A stretch of 64,000 nt of DNA from an uncultured Subdoligranulum sp. (GTDB taxonomy: Bacteria > Bacillota > Clostridia > Oscillospirales > Ruminococcaceae): NCBI GenBank assembly GCA_945830575.1, contig CALZZE010000014.1, forward strand, positions 117 to 64,116, in the 5' to 3' direction. This document shows, piece after piece, positions 1 to 9,971 of the stretch (position 1 is the first letter of the stretch; every line of letters begins with the position of its first letter). The notes beneath the pieces were generated by a model. That model worked only from the letters and a program-made list of their open reading frames with translations. It did no database searches and was not told where the DNA came from. Made by a program: the position numbers and the translations under genes.

Positions 1-2
1 AA

Positions 3-917
3 ATTCACTCGCTGCTCCCTGCAAAGATCAAACGGTATTGTGAGGTGTTTGGCGGCAGCGGCGCGGTGCTTTTCTCAAAACAGAAGATTGGCAGGGAACT
101 GGAGGTTTACAACGATTTTGACCGGAACCTTGTCAACTTCATGATGGTTATTCGGGACAGGCCCTATGAATTCCTGTACGAACTGCTGAAATGGAACGAC
201 AATTCCCACGAAGAATATGACATCATCAAGAATGTGTTCCACCCGTCCACGATGCAGAACCTCTGGGAACGGAAAAATGCGCGGACGTATGTGGATCATG
301 TCCTTCAGGGGAAATATGTGAACCGGGAACTGGCGTTTTGCAGAAAGCTGTTTGATGACACGGACTATCAGGACATCAAGCAGCTTCTGAAAGGCCGGTC
401 AGAACTGTACGATGTGAAACGTGCAGCGGCATTCTTCCGGCTCATCTATTACTCATTCCGCAGCAGCGGGAAATCCTATGGCGGCCAGGGCGGGGATCTG
501 TTCAGCATGGTCGATGTCCTGCTCAAGTGCAGCCGGCGTCTGGCAAAGGTCAGGATCCAGAATATGGATTTCGAGAAACTGATCCTGCAGTATGACCACC
601 CTGACACGGTGTTCTACCTTGATCCGCCCTATTACAAGACCGAGAAGATGTACGATGTGACCTTCGGAGAAGGCGACCATCAGCGGCTTCAAAAGGTCCT
701 GAGCAGCATACAGGGCCGGTATCTGCTCAGTTACAATGATTCTCCCTATATCCGGGACCTGTATTCAGGGCCGGGGCTGAGAATCGTCGGGAAAAAGCGG
801 CCAAACACCTATTCCGGCGTCAAGGACGCCATCTTTGAAGAACTGTTCATTATGAACTATAATCCGGGAGCGGATAGTTTGAAACCTGCGCAATTGTCAT
901 TGGAGGAGATCGTATGA
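3..917 (+). CDS. DNA adenine methyltransferase (Dam/D12 class); 5' end lies outside the window
   Basis: Frame is open from base 3 (IHSLLPAKIKRYCEVFGGSGAVLF, motif I FxGxG). Catalytic motif YLDPPYY; C-terminal QLSL. Confidence 0.9.
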   Translation: MHSLLPAKIKRYCEVFGGSGAVLFSKQKIGRELEVYNDFDRNLVNFMMVIRDRPYEFLYELLKWNDNSHEEYDIIKNVFHPSTMQNLWERKNARTYVDHVLQGKYVNRELAFCRKLFDDTDYQDIKQLLKGRSELYDVKRAAAFFRLIYYSFRSSGKSYGGQGGDLFSMVDVLLKCSRRLAKVRIQNMDFEKLILQYDHPDTVFYLDPPYYKTEKMYDVTFGEGDHQRLQKVLSSIQGRYLLSYNDSPYIRDLYSGPGLRIVGKKRPNTYSGVKDAIFEELFIMNYNPGADSLKPAQLSLEEIV

Positions 918-1180
918 CGAACAAAGAAATGGTAACGATGAAAAAACCGGACAGTCAGCTGCGTCTGTATCTGCCCAAAGAACTGTGTGACCGGGTCGGG
1001 ATCGCGCCGGGGAGGCCGGTGATCCTTTCCGGAACGGAGGACGGCATTTATATATCCAGCGCCAAAGCGGCGGAACAGGAATGCGTTCACCAGATGATCC
1101 GGGATATGGATATGACAGAACTGGAAAACCTGTGCGGCTTTCTCGGCGGGGAACTGCTGAACAGGCTGAATGGAATTTGA
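914..1180 (+). CDS. AbrB/MazE/SpoVT-like DNA-binding protein
   Basis: LRLYLPKELCDRVGIAPGRPVIL resembles the swapped-hairpin signature; overlaps the upstream stop. Confidence 0.6.
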   Translation: MTNKEMVTMKKPDSQLRLYLPKELCDRVGIAPGRPVILSGTEDGIYISSAKAAEQECVHQMIRDMDMTELENLCGFLGGELLNRLNGI

Positions 1181-1198
1181 GCAACAGGAGGAACGGAT

Positions 1199-1744
1199 AT
1201 GATTGTGAACATTTCGATGGAATACAAGCCGACGAAGTTTCAGCCGGACCCGTTCACCATTGTGGCCGTAGAGATGGTGCCCCACGATGTGTTCCGGCGT
1301 GTGATGGCAGCGCCCCTGACGGATCTGGAACAGATCGAAATCCACAAAAACGAGCTGGGCGTTGACCCCGATACGGGGGAAGCGTATGCCATGATTCTGC
1401 TGGATCAGGATGGGGAGGATGGCATCGTGGTGCAAAGCTCCGGCTATCCCTATTGCCGGTATGGCGCTTATGCACCGGAGATCCGGCCCAGCGTGGAGCA
1501 GAATATCCGCATTGCACTGGAACGGTGCATCGAGAGCCTGAACATGGACAAGGAGAACGCCATCCGGATGCCCATTATCAGCCTGAAGGAAAAGCTGGGA
1601 TTCCCCGTCAGCTGGGAGAACGGGCTGATGCAAACCGTTCTGGACGCTCTCGATGCCAACAGCGATGTGGAAGGGTATTCCTTTGAGGCAGACAAAATCA
1701 AAATCACGCTGACGGCGGTACCGGATTTCCTGCTTCAGCTGTGA
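1199..1744 (+). CDS. Conserved ICE hypothetical protein (DUF6329-like)
   Basis: GGAGG RBS; GIVVQSSGYPYCRY motif typical of this ICE family; family name from memory. Confidence 0.55.
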   Translation: MIVNISMEYKPTKFQPDPFTIVAVEMVPHDVFRRVMAAPLTDLEQIEIHKNELGVDPDTGEAYAMILLDQDGEDGIVVQSSGYPYCRYGAYAPEIRPSVEQNIRIALERCIESLNMDKENAIRMPIISLKEKLGFPVSWENGLMQTVLDALDANSDVEGYSFEADKIKITLTAVPDFLLQL

Positions 1745-1754
1745 GGAGGACCGC

Positions 1755-2606
1755 ATGAACAAAGTATGGAGAATTGCCGCCGTGATGGCGGCTTTTTTAT
1801 TGGGAATCCTCGCGGCAACGGTGAAAGTCGGAACGGGTGCCGTTTTCAGCCGGGAATACGATGCGCCGCTGGAAACGGACCCGCAGACGCTGGTGCAGCA
1901 ATCTATGGAAGTCGACGGCCTGCCCTATGACTTTCTCTCTGTGGAAAGCGAGACGGTACCCGGCGCACAGGACAGCCGGGAAATCCGTCAGAACATTGTG
2001 GTTCAGACTACCACCGCAGACCGGTACGAGATTTTGCAAAACCACTCGCTGGAAGTGCAGTATGACAAAGACGGCTATGAAGGAACGCTGCTGCTGGCGG
2101 AGGTTTGGGTGGATGATACGCCGGGTGCTGTTACCCAGGCATCGACCATGGTGATGCTGTCGGGGCCGGGCGATGAACAGGAGGAATCCGATCCCCAGCC
2201 GTCCTATTCGGCAACGCTGGTCTATGAGGGCGTGATTTCCAAAACGGAGCCGGGGCATCTGCATATCACGGCAAGATATCGCCAGTCCGCAACGCCTCTG
2301 CGCTATGCCGGGGCATGGATGCGAACCCTGAAAAGGGATGCCTCCTCCATGGAGGCCGGGCAGCTGGTAAAGAAATACTGGTTTCTGCCCGCAGCAGCGC
2401 TGGCCCTTCTGGCCGCAGGCATGGTTGGCTGGGCCGTCAGGATCAACAGAAAGAAGGAAACTGTGGAGGAATCCATGAAGGTGATTGAACCGAGAGACGA
2501 CCGGACGGTACGGCCGGAAAAAAGGATGGAGAAACCGCAGGCTGCGGCAACGCCCTTGAAGAAACCGGCGTTTCTGGAAAACATGGACCGCAGCGGAAAG
2601 GAGTGA
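1755..2606 (+). CDS. Membrane-anchored hypothetical protein
   Basis: GAGGAGG RBS; N-terminal hydrophobic segment and a second TM segment near the C-terminus. Confidence 0.65.
   Translation: MNKVWRIAAVMAAFLLGILAATVKVGTGAVFSREYDAPLETDPQTLVQQSMEVDGLPYDFLSVESETVPGAQDSREIRQNIVVQTTTADRYEILQNHSLEVQYDKDGYEGTLLLAEVWVDDTPGAVTQASTMVMLSGPGDEQEESDPQPSYSATLVYEGVISKTEPGHLHITARYRQSATPLRYAGAWMRTLKRDASSMEAGQLVKKYWFLPAAALALLAAGMVGWAVRINRKKETVEESMKVIEPRDDRTVRPEKRMEKPQAAATPLKKPAFLENMDRSGKE
1776..1798 (+). terminator. Intrinsic-terminator-like hairpin inside a CDS
   Basis: GCCGCC-GTGAT-GGCGGC followed by TTTTTT. Confidence 0.45.
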
Positions 2607-2612
2607 GGAAGA

Positions 2613-3200
2613 ATGGCCCGCATTATCAACGTATTACGGATTCAGGGACCGCCCGAACGGGTGATGGAGGTATGGGAGCGCATCAAGGACCCCCATGCAG
2701 GGCTTGGCAGCGTGGATTTCAACGCCATTACCCCGATGCCGGAATGGGTGGATCGCGGTGTTCTGGACCGGGACACAGAAGAAAAGAACAGTCCCGAAAA
2801 CTGCTGGCTCCAGTGGAGCAGAGACAACTGGGGCTGTGAATGGAATGCGCTCGACCCACAGGAAAGTGCCCGCCTGTATGATGGCGGCGACTGTATCCGC
2901 TTTTTCACGGAGGATGTCCCTGTGCAGGAACTGATCCGGAAACTGTCCCGCATGGAACCGGATCTGTATCTGGATTATCTTTGGGCCGGCGAGGATGTGG
3001 ACAGAGGTGCTGCGGCAGTGCAGTTTCTGGACGGGAACGTGACCATGATTTATGTTCCCACACCCGGAACGGGGCGCGCTTACCAGTTGGCCTTTGACAT
3101 CCTGCAGGAAGACCCGGAACAGTATGGCTATTCGGTGGATGCCGTAACGGGGGAGTATGTCTGGAGAGGAGGAACCGCCGTTGGGAGTGCTGAACATTGA
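2613..3200 (+). CDS. YubB/DUF1281-like ferredoxin-fold protein
   Basis: DFNAITPMP and WSRDNWGCEWNA motifs. Confidence 0.6.
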   Translation: MARIINVLRIQGPPERVMEVWERIKDPHAGLGSVDFNAITPMPEWVDRGVLDRDTEEKNSPENCWLQWSRDNWGCEWNALDPQESARLYDGGDCIRFFTEDVPVQELIRKLSRMEPDLYLDYLWAGEDVDRGAAAVQFLDGNVTMIYVPTPGTGRAYQLAFDILQEDPEQYGYSVDAVTGEYVWRGGTAVGSAEH

Positions 3201-3402
3201 CGGGGAGGGGATCATCCATCTTCGTGACAGGAAAATCGGGTATCTGATTCAGCAGGATGGGGCCATCGTGGACGCGGATGCGCTTGGCAGTTACGCGAAC
3301 CGCTGGCTGATGCAGCATGGCTTCCGGGTCTCGTGGGAGGAGGGCGTCATGCAAAAGCTGAATCAGCAGCAGGAAGAACAATTTGAACAACAGATTCTGT
3401 AG
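3187..3402 (+). CDS. Small hypothetical protein
   Basis: In-frame GTG at 3187 of track ORF 3157-3402; overlaps the upstream stop and fills the operon gap. Confidence 0.5.
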   Translation: MLNIDGEGIIHLRDRKIGYLIQQDGAIVDADALGSYANRWLMQHGFRVSWEEGVMQKLNQQQEEQFEQQIL

Positions 3403-3414
3403 GAGGAATATACG

Positions 3415-3729
3415 ATGGCGAAAACCAATAAGAACGCAGAAATGAACCTGCAGGTCCGTGTGAACTATGAACCGGAACAGGGCGCCACCAAAGCGGTTTG
3501 TTCCGCGACGCTGTATGGCACGTTTGCCATTCGCGGCATCCGGGTGGTGGAAGGGAAGAACGGCCTCTTTGTGCAGATGCCCCAGCAGAAGGATGCGAAG
3601 GGCAACTACCATGATCTGGCCTTCCCGGTCACGGCCGAGGCGCGAAAGGAACTGCATGGCGCAGTGCTGGCGGCCTATGAGCAGCACATCTCCCAGCGTC
3701 AGAATACCGGTATGAGCATGTCCATGTGA
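3415..3729 (+). CDS. spoVG: SpoVG-family nucleic-acid-binding protein
   Basis: FAIRGIRVVEGKNGLFVQMP...YHDLAFPVTAEARKEL matches the SpoVG pattern; AGGAGG RBS. Confidence 0.85.
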   Translation: MAKTNKNAEMNLQVRVNYEPEQGATKAVCSATLYGTFAIRGIRVVEGKNGLFVQMPQQKDAKGNYHDLAFPVTAEARKELHGAVLAAYEQHISQRQNTGMSMSM

Positions 3730-3744
3730 CAAGGAGGAAACAGC

Positions 3745-4077
3745 ATGAAATACAAAAAGATCTGGATGATGACGGTGACCTGCGCAGCGGTGATTGCATT
3801 GGCTGTCCCTGCGTTTGCGGAAGGTGCGGACGTATCGGCGGTGATTCAGGATACCTGGACTGCGGCGGCCACGCAGATCAAGACCGTGGTGAATACCGTG
3901 GTGTTCCCGGCCATGGACATGATCCTTGCCATTGCGTTCTTTGTGAAGCTGGGTACCTGCTACTTTGATTACCGCAAGCACGGGCAGATGGAATGGACCC
4001 CGCCGGTCATCCTGTTTGTCTGCCTGATTTTCACGCTGACGGCACCGCAGTACATCTGGCGGATTCTCGGCATCTGA
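3745..4077 (+). CDS. VirB2-like pilin (DUF3852-like)
   Basis: Signal peptide ending AFA, then two hydrophobic helices; position in the tra operon. Confidence 0.65.
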   Translation: MKYKKIWMMTVTCAAVIALAVPAFAEGADVSAVIQDTWTAAATQIKTVVNTVVFPAMDMILAIAFFVKLGTCYFDYRKHGQMEWTPPVILFVCLIFTLTAPQYIWRILGI

Positions 4078-4089
4078 GGAGGCGATACC

Positions 4090-4431
4090 ATGACGGACAA
4101 CGACCGGATCCAAACGGTCATGCTGTGCCGGGACCCTCTCCGGGCGTATGTGAACGGTGAGGAATACTGGCTTGTGAACAGCGTGGAGAACCTTGCGTCT
4201 TTCCTCCTACAAAGAAAAGAGGATGAGCATACGGTCATTACGGATGCAATGGATTGTTTCATTCTGGAAAGCCAGGGCAGTGATGTCGTCGATTGTGAAG
4301 CCAACCTCTGGCCGATGCTGGAATCCATTATGACGTTGGCACAAATCCAAACCGTTTGGCTGAAAGACCCTGTTGCAGCGACAAATCCGGAACTGAACGC
4401 TGCATACGGGCAGCGCGAACAGAAAATGTGA
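4090..4431 (+). CDS. Hypothetical protein
   Basis: GAGGAGG RBS; co-directional ORF in the operon. Confidence 0.6.
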   Translation: MTDNDRIQTVMLCRDPLRAYVNGEEYWLVNSVENLASFLLQRKEDEHTVITDAMDCFILESQGSDVVDCEANLWPMLESIMTLAQIQTVWLKDPVAATNPELNAAYGQREQKM

Positions 4432-4438
4432 CGGCAAT

Positions 4439-4470
4439 GCCCCGGTCAGAAACGGCCGGGGCGCTTTTTT
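4439..4470 (+). terminator. Intrinsic-terminator-like hairpin within the tra operon
   Basis: GCCCCGG...CCGGGGC then GCTTTTTT. Confidence 0.55.
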
Positions 4471-5335
4471 GGAGGTGATGATCATATTTATCTGGGATTT
4501 TGTGGCCGAGAATATTCTTGGCCAGATCATGGACTGGATGTATGCACGGCTGGTGGAAACCTTCGGCGAATTCTTCGGAATGCTCAACGAGATGGGTGCG
4601 CAGCTGTTTGATTATCCATGGACGCAGGCGGTGGTGACGCTGTTTTCCCGGTTCGGCTGGGCGCTCTATCTGGTAGGGCTGGTTGTGGGACTCTTTGAAT
4701 ATGCCATCGAAAGTCAGAACGGACGCGGGGATATCAAGGGTGTGGCTTTGGGAGCCATCAAAGGTTTTCTGGCCGTCAACCTGTTTACTACCGTTCCGGT
4801 GGAACTGTACCGGCTGTGCGTCACACTGCAGGTGAGCCTGTCTTCCGGATTGACCGGCCTGCTTGGTACGCCAACGGGAATTGCAGCGGCCGCCACCGAT
4901 GCGCTGGAATTCATCAACGGGCCAAACCCCATCAGCTCCATTGCGCTGGTGATTCTTTTGGGATACAGCGTGTTCCGCACGTTTTTCTCCAATCTGAAAC
5001 GCGGCGGAATTCTGCTGGTGCTCATCGTGGTGGGCAGCCTGTATCAGTTCAGCGTCCCGCGAGGGTACACGGATGGATTTGTGAACTGGTGTAAGCAGAT
5101 CATTGGCCTGTGTCTGACCACATTCCTGCAGACCACCATGCTTGTGGCCGGGCTGATGATTTACAAGGACAACATGCTCATGGGAACAGGGCTGATGCTG
5201 GCCTCCACGGAGGTGCCGCGCATCTGTGGTGCCTTCGGACTGGATACCTCCACGCATGTCAGTGTGGGAGGTGCCATGCACACTGCACAGACCGCGATCA
5301 GCACAGCACGGCTTCTCATTGGCAGTGTGGGATAA
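4469..5335 (+). CDS. VirB6/TrbL-like polytopic conjugation membrane protein (DUF6045-like)
   Basis: Multiple TM segments; GYTDGFVNWCKQIIGLCLT motif; context. Confidence 0.75.
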   Translation: MEVMIIFIWDFVAENILGQIMDWMYARLVETFGEFFGMLNEMGAQLFDYPWTQAVVTLFSRFGWALYLVGLVVGLFEYAIESQNGRGDIKGVALGAIKGFLAVNLFTTVPVELYRLCVTLQVSLSSGLTGLLGTPTGIAAAATDALEFINGPNPISSIALVILLGYSVFRTFFSNLKRGGILLVLIVVGSLYQFSVPRGYTDGFVNWCKQIIGLCLTTFLQTTMLVAGLMIYKDNMLMGTGLMLASTEVPRICGAFGLDTSTHVSVGGAMHTAQTAISTARLLIGSVG

Positions 5336-5355
5336 AGGAAAGGAAAACGACGATC

Positions 5356-5928
5356 ATGAGAAAAATTGAAAGTCTGGAACTGGAGAAATGGAGTGAGCCG
5401 GATGAAACAGGACATGTCCATCTGGTCGGGATGGAAAAGGCACAGGTGGCCTTTGACCGGCTGGAGGCACATTTGAAGGACGTCGGGATGATGCCGGACG
5501 AATACTTTCTGTTCAATGACTCCCGGTTCCGGAAAGAAGATACGCTGCCCCGGCATCGCGGCGTATTGTGCAATGTGGAGTTTGGGGCAAGTGAAGGGAT
5601 CTATCTGGACATTTGTCTTCTGACAGACCACAAACCGGTGCAGTTCGCAACCGGCAAAACACTGCGCGAAGATGCCGATGCCTTTCTGTGGATGCACCGC
5701 ATTGCGGCAGAATGTTCGCTGATGCTCAACGGAGGCGGCAGGGTGTACACCATGAAAGAACTTCCTGTCCTGTTGACAGAGGAGGAAGCAGGCGCAGTGT
5801 ACAACAGCGTGGATCTGGATTTGTGCAATCCCACCAACGGCGAGGAGGAACGGCTGCTGGTGTCGGCCCATGAGAAACTGGCGGCCGCATTGGGACGCGA
5901 TATCCAGTTGGACACGCCGAGGATGTGA
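5356..5928 (+). CDS. Hypothetical ICE protein
   Basis: Start moved to ATG 5356 (AAGGAAAGGA upstream); the track start 5110 overlaps the previous gene. Confidence 0.6.
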   Translation: MRKIESLELEKWSEPDETGHVHLVGMEKAQVAFDRLEAHLKDVGMMPDEYFLFNDSRFRKEDTLPRHRGVLCNVEFGASEGIYLDICLLTDHKPVQFATGKTLREDADAFLWMHRIAAECSLMLNGGGRVYTMKELPVLLTEEEAGAVYNSVDLDLCNPTNGEEERLLVSAHEKLAAALGRDIQLDTPRM

Positions 5929-6914
5929 GCAGGTATTTCTGCTCCTGCAGTTTCGGGAAGGATTCCATTGCAACGGCGCTGCTGGCACTCCGCACAGGGG
6001 AACCGCTGGACGAGCTGGTGTATTGCGAGGTGATGTTTGATGATGCCATTTCGGGGGAGGTGCCGGAACATCGGGATTTCATCTATGATAAGGCCATCCC
6101 GTACTTTGAAAAACGGGGGATTCCCACGAAGGTTCTGCGCAGCATTCACACCTATGTGAGCAGCTTTACAAGAACCGTCAGCAGAGGAAAGGCGAAAGGG
6201 AAAATCAACGGGTTTCCTTTGTGCGGGAGATGCCGGATCCAGCGGGACTGCAAGATCCCGCCGATTCGGAATTACCTGAACCGGCAGCCGGAAGACGCCG
6301 TCCAATACATCGGAATCGCCCGTGATGAGCAGGAACGTCTGCTCCGCCTGAAAGGAAAACAGGTTTCTCTGCTGGCCCGGTACGGGCTGGATGAACAAGA
6401 CGCAAAAACCATGTGCCGCAGGGAAGGGCTGTTGTCTCCGGTTTATGAATTCTCAAATCGGGGAGGGTGCTGGTTCTGCCCCAATGCCAAAGACCGGGAG
6501 CTGAGGCATCTGTATCAGCATCATCCGGATCTGTGGCAGAAAATGCTGGAACTGCAGGCCCTGCCCAACAAGGCCACAGAATATTTCAACCGAACGGAAA
6601 CCTTTACCTCCATTGACGAACGGTTTCAATGGATGGATCGGCAACTGACATTTTATCAGGAGGATGACGATATGATGACAAGAAATCAGGTAGAGCGCAT
6701 TCGGGAACAGTATCCTGCCGGGACCCGGCTGGTGTTGGAACGGATGGATGACCCCTGCCCGATCCCGGAAGGGACAGCGGGCACGGTGGTGGCCGTGGAT
6801 GATGCAGGCCAGATCATGATGAAGTGGGACAATGGCCGCTCGCTGAGTCTCGTGCCGGGTGTGGATTCCTTCCGCAGGGAGGCCCCGAAACAGGAACCGG
6901 CCATGAGCATGTGA
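5925..6914 (+). CDS. PAPS-reductase-family (PP-loop) protein fused in frame to a DUF4314-like domain
   Basis: SCSFGKDS PP-loop, CRIQRDCK and GCWFCP cysteine motifs. C-terminal YPAGTRLVL..MDDP..IPEGTAGTV..VDDAGQI...WDNG is DUF4314-like. Internal AGGAGG (6658-6663) with in-frame ATG 6672. Confidence 0.75.
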   Translation: MSRYFCSCSFGKDSIATALLALRTGEPLDELVYCEVMFDDAISGEVPEHRDFIYDKAIPYFEKRGIPTKVLRSIHTYVSSFTRTVSRGKAKGKINGFPLCGRCRIQRDCKIPPIRNYLNRQPEDAVQYIGIARDEQERLLRLKGKQVSLLARYGLDEQDAKTMCRREGLLSPVYEFSNRGGCWFCPNAKDRELRHLYQHHPDLWQKMLELQALPNKATEYFNRTETFTSIDERFQWMDRQLTFYQEDDDMMTRNQVERIREQYPAGTRLVLERMDDPCPIPEGTAGTVVAVDDAGQIMMKWDNGRSLSLVPGVDSFRREAPKQEPAMSM

Positions 6915-6924
6915 GGAGGGCAGA

Positions 6925-7194
6925 ATGTATACCTATCCGCACAACATGAGCGCCAAAGCGACACTGTGGCTTTGGACGCTGAAAGACCTTTCCATCAGCG
7001 GGAGCTGTCTGCTGGCAGGATTCTTTCTGTTCGCAGAGTTCAGCTCCTGCACAGTGCTGGTGGCGGGTGCCACCTATGCGTTTCTGACCATCCGGTTTGA
7101 CGATACCAGCATTCTGGATTTCCTGCGGTACTGTTTCTGCTTCTTTTTCGGGCAGCAGGAGTTTCTGTGGGAAGGAAAAAGGAAAAGCGTATGA
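6925..7194 (+). CDS. PrgI/VirB3-like small membrane protein
   Basis: Two hydrophobic segments, immediately upstream of the VirB4-like ATPase. Confidence 0.6.
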   Translation: MYTYPHNMSAKATLWLWTLKDLSISGSCLLAGFFLFAEFSSCTVLVAGATYAFLTIRFDDTSILDFLRYCFCFFFGQQEFLWEGKRKSV

Positions 7195-7221
7195 ACCGGG
7201 AACAGGATTTATGAAGGGAGG

Positions 7222-9678
7222 ATGTGTCCTTTGCCCAGACAGAAAAATACAAGAAGACTGATCAACAGCGAATCCATCGACCGGTTTGGCCTGAAAACCT
7301 ATCAGGGGACCACGCTGGTCTATTATCTGATCCGGCCCACCAATCTGTCGGTTCTCTCTGAAACGGCGGTCCGCCAGAAGGTACAGGAGCTGATGTTGGC
7401 CACACAGGCCATGCAGGAAGTGGAGTGGATGGCGCTGGATTCCAGAGAAAACTTTGAGACCAACCGGGAATACCTGAAGCGGCGGATCAGGCAGGAACCG
7501 GTGCCGGTCCTGCGCACCCTTATGGAAAAGGACCGGGCGTATCTGGATCAGATCCAGATCCAGACCGCAACCACACGGGAATTTCTGGTTTGTGTCCGTC
7601 TGAAAAACTACAATGAGAAGGAGGTGTATCCGTATCTGAACCGACTGTCCAAGCTGATGGAGGAGCATGGCTTTGACGTGCGCAGAGCAGACCGGGAGGA
7701 TGTGAAACGGCTGCTGGCCGTCTATTTTACCCAGAGTGTCGTCACCGAGCACTATGATGATTTTGACGGGGAGCGGTGGCTGTATGGCAAACCCGTTGAG
7801 CATCCGGTGCCCAGGCTGGCACTTCCGGGGAAGAAACAGAAAAAGAAGAAACGGCTGGCGAACTGGCGCGGCGGCAGTGAACAGGAACAGCAGCTGCTGG
7901 ATAAGGAGTTTCTCGACATGATCGCCCCTTCTGCGGTCCGGTTTGAGCAGGGACGCTATGTGTGCGGAAACATGGTCCGCTGTGTCTGGGCTGTGCGGGA
8001 ATACCCGGCAGTGACCAACCATACCGGTTTGCTCCAGCAAATCGGAGCAAAGGCGGGTGTCAGCCTGCACATGTATCTGCGGGAGGTCACCCCGCTGGAG
8101 CAGCAGCGGATCCTGGCCAATGCCGAGAAAATCAACAAGCTGCGCCGGGCCAATACCGAGAAGCTACAGGATATGGTGGAGGCCCAGAACAATCTGGAGG
8201 ATGTGGCCGCGCTGATCTCCAAGGCAAACCGGGACAAGGAAGCGTTCTTCCATGCGGCCGTATTTCTGGAATTGTGCGCACCGGACGTGGACCGGCTGCG
8301 GCAGCTGCAGGCAGAGGTGGAAGCGGCGCTCAACGCCGCGAAAATTACCGTGGATAAGCTGCTGCTGCGTCAAAGGGAAGGCTTTCTCTGCGTCATGCCC
8401 AGCGGATACAATGTGTTCCGGGAACAGTTCGAGCGCGTGCTGCCTGCCGGCAGTGTGGCAAACCTGTACCCCTTTGCGTATTCCGGCAAGACTGATCCCA
8501 ATGGTTTCTACATCGGCAAGGACAAATACGGCAGCTCAGTGATCGTGGATTTCGACCGGCGAGGTCAGGACAAAACCAATTCCAGCATGATCATTCTGGG
8601 CAACAGCGGCGAAGGAAAAAGCTATCTGCTCAAGCTGCTCCTGACGTGCCTTTTGGAATCCGGCAAAACCGTCCTTGTCCTGGACCCGGAAGCGGAATAT
8701 GAGGAACTGACCGATGCGCTTGGCGGATGCTATCTGGATCTGATGAGCGGCGCTTATCGAATCAACGTCCTCCAGCCCCGCCGTTGGTCCGAAACCGGGG
8801 ACAGCGATGCCGCCGCACCCAATGCGTTCCGGCAGAAAACCATTCTCAGCCAGCATATCTCGTTTCTGCGTGATTTCTTCCGAAGCTACAAGTCCTTCAC
8901 CGATGCGGAGATCGACACCATTGAAATCATCCTCCAGAAGCTGTATGAACGGTTTGGCATCACAGAGGAAACCGATTTCCAGCAGCTGACAGCGGAGGAT
9001 TACCCGGTTCTGTCGGATCTGCATGACCTGATTCTGGAAGAACTGGAGGAATATGACCCGGCCAATCGTTCTCTGTATACCGCAGAGATGCTGCAATCGG
9101 TGGCACTGGGCCTGCACTCCATGTGCAAGGGCACCGACAGCAGCTTCTTCGATGGTCACACGAACATTTCCTCGGAGCGGTTTCTCGTATTTGGCGTGAA
9201 GGGATTGCTGGAGGCCAGCCGGGAGATCCGCAACGCCATGCTGTTCAATGTGCTTTCGTACATGAGCGGAGAACTGCTCACAAAGGGCAACGCAGTGGCC
9301 GGCATCGATGAGCTGTATCTGTTCCTGTCCAACCCGGTGGCGGTGGAGTATATCCGAAACATGATGAAACGGGTACGCAAAAAGGATTCGGCGCTTCTTT
9401 TGGCCAGCCAGAACGTGAATGATTTCCTGCAGCCCGGCATCTCGGAAATGACCAAACCGCTGTTTGCCATCCCGACTCATCAGTTCCTGTTTTTCCCCGG
9501 AAGCATCAACCGCAGGGAATACACAGAAGCCCTGCAGCTGGAGGAAAATGAGTATGATCTGATCTCCACAAGCAGACGGGGAACCTGCCTGTATAAATGC
9601 GGCGTGGAACGCTACCATCTGGAAGTCCGGGCACCGGAGTACAAGGATAAGCTCTTTGGCACAGCAGGAGGTCGATAA
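7222..9678 (+). CDS. virB4: VirB4-like conjugative ATPase
   Basis: Walker A GNSGEGKS, Walker B AGIDELY, RVRKKD...LLASQN; 818 aa. Confidence 0.9.
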   Translation: MCPLPRQKNTRRLINSESIDRFGLKTYQGTTLVYYLIRPTNLSVLSETAVRQKVQELMLATQAMQEVEWMALDSRENFETNREYLKRRIRQEPVPVLRTLMEKDRAYLDQIQIQTATTREFLVCVRLKNYNEKEVYPYLNRLSKLMEEHGFDVRRADREDVKRLLAVYFTQSVVTEHYDDFDGERWLYGKPVEHPVPRLALPGKKQKKKKRLANWRGGSEQEQQLLDKEFLDMIAPSAVRFEQGRYVCGNMVRCVWAVREYPAVTNHTGLLQQIGAKAGVSLHMYLREVTPLEQQRILANAEKINKLRRANTEKLQDMVEAQNNLEDVAALISKANRDKEAFFHAAVFLELCAPDVDRLRQLQAEVEAALNAAKITVDKLLLRQREGFLCVMPSGYNVFREQFERVLPAGSVANLYPFAYSGKTDPNGFYIGKDKYGSSVIVDFDRRGQDKTNSSMIILGNSGEGKSYLLKLLLTCLLESGKTVLVLDPEAEYEELTDALGGCYLDLMSGAYRINVLQPRRWSETGDSDAAAPNAFRQKTILSQHISFLRDFFRSYKSFTDAEIDTIEIILQKLYERFGITEETDFQQLTAEDYPVLSDLHDLILEELEEYDPANRSLYTAEMLQSVALGLHSMCKGTDSSFFDGHTNISSERFLVFGVKGLLEASREIRNAMLFNVLSYMSGELLTKGNAVAGIDELYLFLSNPVAVEYIRNMMKRVRKKDSALLLASQNVNDFLQPGISEMTKPLFAIPTHQFLFFPGSINRREYTEALQLEENEYDLISTSRRGTCLYKCGVERYHLEVRAPEYKDKLFGTAGGR

Positions 9679-9761
9679 TTGTCAGGTTTCTTTGTTGGGT
9701 TTGGTGATACCAATTCCCTGTGGTTTCTGGTATCGTTAGAATAGAAAGAGAGGTACCGAAC

Positions 9762-9968
9762 ATGAAGATTCCTGTACAGAGATGCCCGTGGTGCGGCAGC
9801 ACCGAATTCGTGGTGGGATATCAGGGGTATGAGGCCATGATGACCTACACGCCCGGAGGATTCACCGGGAAGAAAATCAAACATCTGATCTGCAAGAACT
9901 GCGGCATCGTGGTGGCCAGTCAGGTGGCGAACACCGCCAAATATGCGGATGCCCGCAGAGCGTGGTGA
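9762..9968 (+). CDS. Small zinc-ribbon protein
   Basis: CPWC...CKNC; GAGAGG RBS before ATG 9762. Confidence 0.6.
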   Translation: MKIPVQRCPWCGSTEFVVGYQGYEAMMTYTPGGFTGKKIKHLICKNCGIVVASQVANTAKYADARRAW

Positions 9969-9971
9969 GCT

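Noticed and set aside
2905-8070. Long minus-strand ORFs (2905-4113, 4328-5281, 6814-8070)
   Set aside because: They overlap well-supported plus-strand tra genes in GC-rich DNA and show no motifs.
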